Assembly (NCBI GenBank): GCA_963706605.1
Contig: OY970165.1
Span: 2,175,517 to 2,239,516 of the forward strand
Direction of reading: 5' to 3'
DNA: 64,000 nt
From: an uncultured Solirubrobacterales bacterium
Lineage (GTDB): Bacteria; Actinomycetota; Thermoleophilia; Solirubrobacterales; 70-9
The notes under the pieces are model-generated. The model ran no database searches. It saw nothing but the letters and a program-made list of their open reading frames with translations, and had not been told where the DNA came from. Both the position numbers and the translations under genes were made by a program. This document shows, piece after piece, positions 31,217-38,713 of the stretch. Positions within the stretch are counted from its first letter, which is position 1. Each line of letters opens with the position of its first letter.

Positions 31217-31578
31217 GCGAGAAAACCGCGCCCGATCCAGAGCTGCTGAAGTCGTTTGCCGAGGAGGCGCGGCGGCGCTGCGACGTGATCGCGGCCGGGC
31301 TCGCAACCGAGACCGAAGACTTCGAGACGCTGCGGGCGGAAGCCCATGCGCTGAAGGGGACGGCGGGTGTGGTCGGTCTGCGCCGCCTGGCCGAGCTCGC
31401 CGGCCTGATGGAATCCGACCTCGCCGAAGCAAAGAAGACCGGCGTTCTCCGCGGCGGCCGCTCTCACCAGATCGCCGACGCCGCCAAGGCTCTCTCCGAA
31501 GGCGCCAACGCCGCCGCCGACGGCAAAGAGGAGCCCCCCGACGTAGGCCGCTCCCTCGCCCAGCTCTTCAGCGCCTGA
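31213..31578 (+). CDS. Stand-alone Hpt (histidine phosphotransfer) domain protein
   Basis: Trimmed to ATG 31213 (ATGA overlap with the upstream gene). LRAEAHALKGTAGVVGLRRLAELAGLME is a classical Hpt phospho-His helix. Confidence 0.6.
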   Translation: MSEKTAPDPELLKSFAEEARRRCDVIAAGLATETEDFETLRAEAHALKGTAGVVGLRRLAELAGLMESDLAEAKKTGVLRGGRSHQIADAAKALSEGANAAADGKEEPPDVGRSLAQLFSA

Positions 31579-31619
31579 CCGACACCAATCCGCCCGCAGC
31601 ACGCTACCCTCGCCCCCCT

Positions 31620-31693
<74 letters not shown>

Positions 31694-31760
31694 TCCCCAG
31701 TGGGCCGCCTCTCTGCGTCGGCAAAGTAGACTCGCTAAGTACCGAGATGAAGATCGCGGG

Positions 31761-33134
31761 ATGTGGGGGAGATCGATGATGTTCGGGGGAGGCACGGATC
31801 CCTTGCGTACGCATGCACCTCACTCGTGGTTTCTGCGCCTGACCATTGCCGGCTGCTTGGCGGCGGGTTTGGTCGCGCCGCCCGCGGGCGCTGCGCCAGG
31901 CTGGTCGCGCCCGATGAATGTCTCCGGGGTTATGAGCATTGGCGAAGAATCCCCGTCGGTGGATGTGGATTCCAGAGGCAATGCGACCGTCGTGTGGCGG
32001 CGATACCGCGGCGGAAAACTCATCTACGAGAGCGCGGTGCGGCAAGCCGGCGGACCTTGGTCCACTCCATCCCGTTTCTTTGGCGGTTTGGAAGATGCGT
32101 ATGGATTGCAGATCGCCGTCGATCCCCTGGGCAACGAGACGGCCATCTGGGGGCGCCGTGTGGGTCGCTCCTGGGTCGTCCAGAGCGCGACCCGCTCAGT
32201 CGGAGGGAGCTGGTCGGCGCCGGTCACCCTCTCCGCAGCTGGCGCGGGTTCAGCGCTCGTAGCGGCCGGCCCTGAAGGCAACGCGACTGCGGTCTGGCTC
32301 TTGGAACGGGAGGAAGGTTGGCGCTCGGTCGTCCAAAGCGCGACCCGGTCGGCTGGAGGGACCTGGTCGGCACCGGTGACCCTGTCTCCACCGAGAAAGG
32401 CCGCCCAATTTCTCCAAATCGCACTTGACCCCCAGGGCGGCGCAACTGCGGTCTGGAGAGAGGAATACAGCGGTGCAATTGAAAGCTCGACCCGCACATC
32501 CGGAGGGATCTGGTCGGCGCCGGTCGCACTCTCTGCCAATGGAGTAGTTGGCGGTTGGCCCCAGGTGGCTGTGGATTCCCAGGGCAACGCGACGGCGGTC
32601 TGGGCAGGCAGTGCGTCCAATAGCCGTCGGATCCAAACTGCGACCCGCCCGGCCGGTGGGACCTGGTCGGCGCCGGTCAGCATCTCCAAGGCGGGGCACC
32701 GCCACGTACAGGACCCGCAGATCGCGGTCAGCCCCCAGGGCGAGGCGACCGCGATCTGGCAACGTTCCAACGGTAGTTATCTCGTCGTCCAGGGCGCGAC
32801 CCGCCCGGCCGGAGGGGGCTGGTCGAGGCCGGTCGACATCACTACCGGTGACGGACGGGGTGGGCAGCATCTGCGGCTGGTGGTGGATTCCTGGGGCAAC
32901 GCGACCGCGATCTGGGAGGGCTACGACACCCGCCCCGGCCCCAACTTCGCCATCCAGGCGGCGAAGCATCCGCCTGGAGGTGCCTGGTCGCAGCCCGCCG
33001 ATATCTCCCGTTGGACGAAGAGCCTTGGCGAACCGCAGATTGCTGTCGATCCGCAGGGCAGATCAACCGCAATCTGGGTAATCGGCACTAAGGGCGGCGC
33101 GGTCATCCAATCTGCCACCTCGGTCAGGAGGTAG
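31761..33134 (+). CDS. Secreted repeat protein, probable beta-propeller (about eight ~47-aa repeats with GGxWSxPVxLS / GNATAVW motifs)
   Basis: Start trimmed (ATG 31761 or 31776) because ORF 31662..33134 begins inside the tRNA. It has a hydrophobic N-terminal segment (FLRLTIAGCLAAGLVAPPAGAAPG). Repeats include ...VQSATRSAGGTWSAPVTLS...DPQGNATAVW. Confidence 0.6.
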   Translation: MWGRSMMFGGGTDPLRTHAPHSWFLRLTIAGCLAAGLVAPPAGAAPGWSRPMNVSGVMSIGEESPSVDVDSRGNATVVWRRYRGGKLIYESAVRQAGGPWSTPSRFFGGLEDAYGLQIAVDPLGNETAIWGRRVGRSWVVQSATRSVGGSWSAPVTLSAAGAGSALVAAGPEGNATAVWLLEREEGWRSVVQSATRSAGGTWSAPVTLSPPRKAAQFLQIALDPQGGATAVWREEYSGAIESSTRTSGGIWSAPVALSANGVVGGWPQVAVDSQGNATAVWAGSASNSRRIQTATRPAGGTWSAPVSISKAGHRHVQDPQIAVSPQGEATAIWQRSNGSYLVVQGATRPAGGGWSRPVDITTGDGRGGQHLRLVVDSWGNATAIWEGYDTRPGPNFAIQAAKHPPGGAWSQPADISRWTKSLGEPQIAVDPQGRSTAIWVIGTKGGAVIQSATSVRR

Positions 33135-33237
33135 AGCGCACGCTGCTCGCTTCACCCGTCCGGGGTCGGGCCTTGATCACGGTGCGCTGAGCGTATGAAA
33201 TCGCCGAGGCAAATCTGTGGTCTGAAGACACCGGAAC

Positions 33238-33384
33238 TTGGTCCCGAAATTGGTCCCCGACTCCACCGAACTGAGCCGAACTCCTTGGACCTGATTCGCC
33301 ATATCAGGCCAGATTCGGCTCTATGGAAGGTTTCCGGCGCGACTCATAATCCGTGGAGCGCAGGTTCGAGTCCTGCCCGCCCCA
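33238..33384 (+). repeat. Composite repeat copy A (103-bp arm + 44-bp tRNA-Met 3' segment)
   Basis: 33341-33384 is identical by eye to tRNA positions 31650-31693. The arm begins TTGGTCCCGAAATTGGTCCCCGACTCCACCGAACTGAGCCGAACTCC... Confidence 0.9.
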
Positions 33385-33498
33385 TGAAGAAATCCGCTTC
33401 ATCTTGCCAATACGCTGGATTCATGGGGCGCCGGTGCTTGCAGTGGTAATGGTTTGCGGGGTGGCCCGCAAAACCCATTGGAACTCAAAGGGATCTCT

Positions 33499-34599
33499 GT
33501 GATCCGCGGTGTGCTCCGGCTGGGGCTGGCCCTGTCAATCGCGCTTGCCGTCAGCGCGACTTTCTCGGTTGCGGCGGTCCCAGACGGCCCGCGGCTCGCG
33601 ATCATCAGGGCCTTCCCTTACCCCAAGAGTCTGACTGAAATCGCAACCGTCAACGCGGTGGGTGGTGCGCTCCAGACGGTGACGAAGGACGAAGGCCCCC
33701 AGACCGTCGGGATAGTCGGCTCTCACCCGGCCTTCTCGCCCGACGGCAGCCTTATTGCCTTCGCCGGCTCCGCCGTCGAGGCAGGCGGAGAAGTAAGCCC
33801 AGTGGTTTCGGTGGTCGGTGCGGACGGGACCGGGTTGCGGACGCTGAGGGGCACCTTTCCAACCGAAGCGGAGCCCATCTTCGCACCGGACGGCCACACG
33901 ATTGCCTTCGCCACCCTGAAGGTCGTCAACGGTCCTCTCGAGCGGCTCGGGAGGGCTCTGAGCAGAAATGGAGCTTACGTCCTCCTGGGAATCCGGTCGG
34001 TGGATATCGAAGATGGCTCCCAGCGAATGGTGACCCCCTGGCGCCCATGGGGCCAGGGCGCTGTCCTGTACCCGTCCTCCTACTCGCCCGACGGATCGAC
34101 CCTGGCCGTCACCGCTTGGCCTTTCAACGACTCCCCGAGGGCGAGGGCCGTCGCCGTTCGTCTCGACGGCAGCGGTTCGACCCTGCTCGCCAAAAATGCA
34201 GAGGAGCCGGTCTATTCACCCGATGGGTCGCGGATCGCCTTCGTTCGAGTGCATACCCATGTCAAACATCTTCCGGACCGCCGCAAGCGCACGATCATTC
34301 GCAAAGATCTCTACGTCATGCGCGTGGACGGCTCGGGCCTCGCCCGACTCACCCGCAGTCCCCGCCTGCTTGAGGAGTGGCCGAGTTGGGACCCATCGGG
34401 CAAGAGGATCGCCTTCAACAGCTATCGGCCGGGACCCGGACTCCTCCGTCTGCCAACCGACACGTCCGTAATGCAGGTCAACGCCGACGGGACCTGCCTG
34501 ACGAAGGTGCTGGCTTCTCGTTTTCGCGAGAGCCTCGGCGGTGCCGCCTGGCAGCCGGGCCCGGGCCGTGGGGCAGGCCCGATTGAGTGCGGCGGATAA
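33499..34599 (+). CDS. Secreted PD40/TolB-like WD40 beta-propeller repeat protein
   Basis: Signal-like N-terminus VIRGVLRLGLALSIALAVSATFSVAAV (GTG 33499 preferred over TTG 33454). Repeats FSPDGSLIAFAG, FAPDGHTIAFAT, YSPDGSTLAVTA, YSPDGSRIAFVR, WDPSGKRIAFNS. Confidence 0.7.
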   Translation: MIRGVLRLGLALSIALAVSATFSVAAVPDGPRLAIIRAFPYPKSLTEIATVNAVGGALQTVTKDEGPQTVGIVGSHPAFSPDGSLIAFAGSAVEAGGEVSPVVSVVGADGTGLRTLRGTFPTEAEPIFAPDGHTIAFATLKVVNGPLERLGRALSRNGAYVLLGIRSVDIEDGSQRMVTPWRPWGQGAVLYPSSYSPDGSTLAVTAWPFNDSPRARAVAVRLDGSGSTLLAKNAEEPVYSPDGSRIAFVRVHTHVKHLPDRRKRTIIRKDLYVMRVDGSGLARLTRSPRLLEEWPSWDPSGKRIAFNSYRPGPGLLRLPTDTSVMQVNADGTCLTKVLASRFRESLGGAAWQPGPGRGAGPIECGG

Positions 34600-34641
34600 C
34601 CGCGACGCCACCAGCTGCCCCAAGCTTTTTCTCGCGGAAAT

Positions 34642-34788
34642 TTGGTCCCGAAATTGGTCCCCGACTCCACCAAACTCAGCCGAACTCCTTGGACGTAATT
34701 CGCTCTAACGAGCCAGATTCGGCTCTATAGACGGGTTCCGGCGCGACTCATAATCCGTGGAGCGCAGGTTCGAGTCCTGCCCGCCCCA
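34642..34788 (+). repeat. Composite repeat copy B
   Basis: The arm differs from copy A at 12 of 103 positions (by-eye alignment). The 44-bp tRNA segment 34745-34788 is identical to the tRNA. Confidence 0.9.
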
Positions 34789-34809
34789 TACGACGAGGAA
34801 GAAGGGCAC

Positions 34810-35025
34810 TCAGGCGGTGATGATCTCGTGACCGTCGGGGAAGAAAATTGCGACTGGCCGATGCTCCGCCACTGCTTCGGCGAGGATCGAGCTGAAGCCC
34901 TCCTGGTCGGCGGCGATAAAAATGGTTCCCTCGGGATAGCGATCAGGATCGAGCACGGCTTCGATCAGTCGCTCGTTTGCGACTTCTCCGGCCCGAGTGA
35001 ATTTGCTGCGCTGTAGCTCTTCCAT
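34810..35025 (-). CDS. Small hypothetical protein, paralogue of the N-terminal part of 35453..35806
   Basis: 71 aa. DPDRYPEGTIFIAADQEG...HRPVAIFFPDGHEIIT aligns with MAARYPNRAHFISADNPHQGE...GDPVVIVYLDGHELLV of the neighbouring gene. Confidence 0.4.
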   Translation of the reverse strand: MEELQRSKFTRAGEVANERLIEAVLDPDRYPEGTIFIAADQEGFSSILAEAVAEHRPVAIFFPDGHEIITA

Positions 35026-35138
35026 GATCCCGCGATTTGTTTCCAGTGGTTGATCAACAATGGCGTGCTTCTCATCACCTTTGATGGTAGAGGGCTCATT
35101 GCCCCATTTCGCGCCGGAGGTTTTGAAAGCCTCTGTCT

Positions 35139-35456
35139 GTGGTCCCGAAAGAGCGAGAGATTTTCATCGACGTGGAGCCGGACATCCGAATCCGGTACCG
35201 CCGCAGCGAGCCTCCGCCGCCGGTGTCCTACGCGATTGTGCTGGAGAGCCTCGAGGACGGCGAGTGGACGACCGTGCGGCTTTGGGACAACGCCGATGTA
35301 GTCGACGAGCACCACGAGCACGAGTACACGCGGGCTGGCGGAAAGCAGGCGCCGGACATTCTGTATTTCAGCTCCTCCAACGAGGCGATGGCGGCGGCAA
35401 TCAGGAAAGCCAAGACGGGGGCTCCGGCGATCGTGAGACAATGGCGAGAGTCATGA
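35139..35456 (+). CDS. Small His-rich protein, possibly DUF6516/TumE-like toxin-type fold (unverified)
   Basis: 105 aa with a GTG start. SYAIVLESLEDGEWTTVRLWDNADVVDEHHEHEYTRAGGKQAPDILYF resembles, from memory, the ...RYDN....H.H... motif of that family. ATGA overlap with the next gene. Confidence 0.4.
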   Translation: MVPKEREIFIDVEPDIRIRYRRSEPPPPVSYAIVLESLEDGEWTTVRLWDNADVVDEHHEHEYTRAGGKQAPDILYFSSSNEAMAAAIRKAKTGAPAIVRQWRES

Positions 35457-35806
35457 GTCACGACGCCGACATCGATCCCGCAACTGAGAGGGTCCTCGCT
35501 GGTATCGAAGATGAAGACATGGCCGCTCGCTACCCCAATCGAGCGCACTTCATCTCGGCCGACAATCCCCATCAAGGGGAGATGGCGACCCGTGCGTTGT
35601 TCGACGGCGATCCCGTCGTGATCGTCTACCTCGACGGACACGAGCTGCTCGTCCAGCCTGAGCAGGCACATGGCTTCGCACGATGGTCGCGCGCTGCTGC
35701 GGCGCTCCTGCTTCGCTTCAAGCGCCTCGACCAGGGCACTTTGCAGCTTCCCCCTCGCGCTCATATCGAGGCCCGCGACTCGGGCGGCCATCCAATCGCG
35801 GCGTAG
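35453..35806 (+). CDS. Hypothetical protein (second gene of the two-gene operon)
   Basis: 117 aa from ATG 35453 inside ORF 35060..35806. Translationally coupled to 35139..35456. Confidence 0.4.
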   Translation: MSHDADIDPATERVLAGIEDEDMAARYPNRAHFISADNPHQGEMATRALFDGDPVVIVYLDGHELLVQPEQAHGFARWSRAAAALLLRFKRLDQGTLQLPPRAHIEARDSGGHPIAA

Positions 35807-35822
35807 TCCGTCGAATAGGCCT

Positions 35823-35863
35823 TAACGGGCCAGATTCGGCTCTCTGGACGGTTCCGGCGCGAC
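35823..35863 (+). repeat. Truncated arm-only repeat copy C
   Basis: TTAACGGGCCAGATTCGGCTCTCTGGACGGTTCCGGCGCGAC matches the last ~40 nt of the arm. It stops within 3 nt (GAC) of the start of the 44-nt tRNA-derived core, whose next bases would be TCATAAT. Confidence 0.75.
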
Positions 35864-35891
35864 GGGGATCAACCCCAGCGGCTGGAATGAA

Positions 35892-36648
35892 TTACCGTCG
35901 GGCTTCGAGCCAGTCGGCCGCTCGATGAAGCAGGGCTGGAATGCCTCGCGTCGACGTCTGCGGCTCCTGCCGAACAACGTGCAGTCGCGTGGGGTGAATT
36001 CCGCGCTGGGTGAGGAGCAGGGTCAGCGACTTGCCCCACAGGCGCCCGAAGCGTCGAAGCGTTTCTTCGATCAGCGCGGAACGCCTTTCAAGCGCCTGTT
36101 CGCCTGCCGGCTCGTTGGGGTCGCCGAAAACCGCCCTCGTGAGCGCCGCCTCCGGGAACTCGATGACCATTTTTTCGTCGCCCTGGAAGAGCCCGATCTG
36201 CGCGACTTCCTCGCCAGCGTCTTCGAGGGTCTTGCGCAGCTCGTCGTCGTCCACTGAGGCAAGGTGGATCGTCCGCTGTCGCTCGACGTAAAAGAGTTTT
36301 TCGACTGGCGTTTTCTCCCTGCTGCCGAGCTTCTTTGTGAGCATTTCTACGAGCCAGTCAGCATCTTCCGTAGCCCCGGCCTCCGCGACGAAGTGTCGAA
36401 TCTCCCTCGTAATCACGGATCGCTGCGATGGCGCGCCACGAGTCCACGAGCCGGGCGGCAAGGTGTCGCTGTAGGTACAGGCTGTGCGCGACGGAGGTGT
36501 CCTCGCCGAACAGGTTGGCCTTAAAGCGGCTCTCCATGTTCCCCAGATCGGCAACCGTCTCTGAAAGCAGGAAAACAAAGCGGTCGATCCGGTTGTCGGG
36601 GTCGAACACGTCGCGCAGTTTGAGGCCGCCGTCGGGAGACGTAGGCAT
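35892..36648 (-). pseudogene. Frameshifted gene of unknown function
   Basis: An N-terminal ~70 aa in ORF 36358..36648 (MPTSPDGGLKLRDVFDPDNRIDRFVFLLSETVADLGNMESRF...) continues in the other frame in ORF 35892..36578 (...VITREIRHFVAEAGATEDADWLVEMLTKKLGS...). The frame switch lies near 36420-36440. Confidence 0.5.
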
Positions 36649-36692
36649 GGGGGAAGGCTAACGGTCGTTGAAGGAGATACTTAAGGCTTTTT

Positions 36693-36839
36693 TTGGTCCC
36701 GAAATTGGTCCCCGACTCCACCGAACTCAGCCGAACTCCTTGGACGTGATTGGCTCTATCAGGCCAGATTCGACTCTATGAACGGGTTCCGGCTCGACTC
36801 ATAATCCGTCGGTCGAAGGTTCGAGTCCTTCCCGCCCCA
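36693..36839 (+). repeat. Composite repeat copy D (variant tRNA segment)
   Basis: The arm is conserved. The 44-nt segment 36796-36839 differs from the resident tRNA at 5 positions, including a compensatory T-stem pair (GAAGG/CCTTC versus GCAGG/CCTGC). Confidence 0.9.
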
Positions 36840-36866
36840 TAGCCTGCTGACACTTCGTCTTCGCGG

Positions 36867-38408
36867 TCAACCGTTTCCGGTCCACCAGTTCCGTAGGCGC
36901 TCGATGTGGTTCCGGAACTTCGTATAGGTGGCTCTAATAGCCATCGCTAGGAGTCCGAAGAATCCAACGTCGACCAAGACTGCGCCCAGGGTGCTTTGGT
37001 GATTCCCGCCGGTGGTTTCCTGACCGAACGCCGTGGTGACTATCGTTCCTGCGAGGAGGAGCAGCACGCACCCGATGACCACGGATCGGGTCGGAATGCG
37101 GGCGAGAGCTCGACTCAGGATGCGGGCCAGGGTGCGGGGCATGTCCGCCTTGAACGCAAACCACCATTCCTGCCACGGTCGTGGAAGCCATGGTTGGTAG
37201 GTCGGAGTGATGCCGGCGTCAAGGCTCGACAGAGGTTTCAGCTCCTCGACATATGGTTCTTCCGGCTCGGCTGGCAACGGCGCTGGAGTAGGGGCATCGC
37301 TGATCACGTCGAAAAGGTGTGCGTCCCTTCCGCGTAGAAATAGGACCGGGGTACCGAACTCGATGTCATTGCCGGCGGCGAAAATGGAGCGGCGGGCTTG
37401 GGCAAGGGCAGCATCAACTGGGAAGTCCCGTGCCAAGGCGTCGTAGAGCCTTCCAGCAAATGCGATCGCCGCCTCGTCCGTGATCTCGAATTGCATGCCT
37501 ATGACCGCTGGCACGCCGTAGTGAGCGAGACTTGCGGCTGCACCCGAAAAGGGGTCGACGTGCGAACTCCGGGCCCCTTCGCATGAGTTGAGCACGGCGA
37601 GCCTTAGGCTGCGCTCGTCCTGGAGAAGCAGGCCTAGTTCCTCGCCCGAGACTTCGTGGGGATCTCCGCGCTCGTTCTCGAGGATCAGGATCCCGCTTTG
37701 GTCACGAGTGTCATAGCTGCCATGACCAACGAAATGGAAGACGTGAATCTCGTCGTGTTGGTTGATGGCCTCGTCCAACCCCTTGAGGGTTCCCCTATCC
37801 AGCCATTCCAGGGTCACCAGCCCTTCACCGCACAAAGGCCCCAGCGCCGCGGTCAGCTTTGCCTTCTCCTTCTCGACGTCCAGCGTGGCGAAGCCGTTGG
37901 GAGAGCTGATCAACCCGAGCACATTCAAAGGGAGGCTGAGGGGATACGCGGCGGGAACGTCGCGGAGGTCGAGCGAGCGAGCCACCGGGCTGTATATAGA
38001 CTGGGAGAGGAAGCGAGGCTTCTCGTAGAGATACTCCCAGGGAAGGTCCATCAGCTTCGGGGCATCGGAGAGGCACAAGGTAAGCCGAAGGCCCTTTCGA
38101 GAGCTCTCAGCCGCTCCGCGTGCCGAGCGGAATATGTCTCGAATTTCCCCTACCATCAAAGCCTCGAAGAGGCGCTCGCCAAACCGGCGAGCCTCCTCCA
38201 TCGGTGTTGAGCGGTAATTCCGCAAGGGAAGGCGCTGCCTGCCGACTCGCAGCACGAAGTTGTCTAGCTCGAGCTCCGTAAAGGGAACTTCAAAGGCTGC
38301 CGAGGCGGTCGAGTCGTCAGCTGCCGTGGCAACAATCCGGTAGCAATTGCTACCGGTCGGGTGGAACCGGATTCTCAGCTCGTCGTAGGGAAGCGCTTCC
38401 TCTGCCAT
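36867..38408 (-). CDS. CHAT-domain (caspase-like) protease with C-terminal two-TM tail
   Basis: 513 aa. The His/Cys dyad context is IHVFHFVGHGSYD and LAVLNSCEGARSS. The C-terminus carries VVIGCVLLLLAGTIVTTAF and LGAVLVDVGFFGLLAMAI hydrophobic helices. Confidence 0.8.
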   Translation of the reverse strand: MAEEALPYDELRIRFHPTGSNCYRIVATAADDSTASAAFEVPFTELELDNFVLRVGRQRLPLRNYRSTPMEEARRFGERLFEALMVGEIRDIFRSARGAAESSRKGLRLTLCLSDAPKLMDLPWEYLYEKPRFLSQSIYSPVARSLDLRDVPAAYPLSLPLNVLGLISSPNGFATLDVEKEKAKLTAALGPLCGEGLVTLEWLDRGTLKGLDEAINQHDEIHVFHFVGHGSYDTRDQSGILILENERGDPHEVSGEELGLLLQDERSLRLAVLNSCEGARSSHVDPFSGAAASLAHYGVPAVIGMQFEITDEAAIAFAGRLYDALARDFPVDAALAQARRSIFAAGNDIEFGTPVLFLRGRDAHLFDVISDAPTPAPLPAEPEEPYVEELKPLSSLDAGITPTYQPWLPRPWQEWWFAFKADMPRTLARILSRALARIPTRSVVIGCVLLLLAGTIVTTAFGQETTGGNHQSTLGAVLVDVGFFGLLAMAIRATYTKFRNHIERLRNWWTGNG

Positions 38409-38449
38409 CTGGCTTAGGGTACACGTCTCGTGTAGTATCGTGATGAGAA
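38409..38449. promoter_or_regulatory. Divergent promoter/operator region between CHAT gene and RHH-ParE operon
   Basis: Inverted repeat TACACG-TCT-CGTGTA (38420-38434) overlaps a TAGTAT -10-like hexamer (38433-38438) lying 12 nt before the antitoxin ATG. This geometry is typical of an RHH autoregulated operator. Confidence 0.45.
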
Positions 38450-38713
38450 ATGGCTGCCACTGCTAGACGAATCAACGTCACGCTTGACGAGGAGCACGCA
38501 GGTAAGCTCGCGAAGCTGGCGGAGCGGACGCATGTTCAGGAGGGGACCCTTGCCCGCTCGCTTCTTTCGACGGCTCTTGACGATGCCGATCCGGATGCGG
38601 CTCGCATTACTGAAGTCTTGAATGGGATCCCCGGCGCCTGGGAGCGGACCCAGGAGGGACTTGCTCAGGCGGCCCGTGGTGAAGGAACGCCACTCGACGA
38701 GCTGGCATCTTGA
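38450..38713 (+). CDS. Ribbon-helix-helix (CopG-type) antitoxin
   Basis: 87 aa. RRINVTLDEEHAGKLAKLAERTHVQEGTLARSLLSTAL is a typical RHH N-terminus. It lies directly upstream of the ParE-like gene. Confidence 0.7.
   Translation: MAATARRINVTLDEEHAGKLAKLAERTHVQEGTLARSLLSTALDDADPDAARITEVLNGIPGAWERTQEGLAQAARGEGTPLDELAS

Noticed and set aside
33195-33449. ORF 33195..33449 (+), 84 aa.
   Set aside because: It runs straight through repeat copy A, including the tRNA-derived core, so it is an artefact of the repeat.
34422-34673. Minus-strand ORFs beginning M(V)ESGTNFGTK inside the arms (34422..34673, 36521..36721, 38840..39040), considered as a conserved small gene.
   Set aside because: Only the first ~10 codons are conserved, because they lie inside the repeat. 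Downstream sequences are unrelated and run antisense to better-supported genes. The conserved start may still be a relic, as noted in the arm finding.
35138-35150. The 11-mer TGGTCCCGAAA at the start of gene 35139..35456 matches the first bases of the arm repeat. This raised the idea that copy C is a repeat split by the two-gene operon.
   Set aside because: There is no similarity beyond the 11 nt on either side. A single short match is too weak, although it is improbable by chance. It would need homologous arrays to evaluate.
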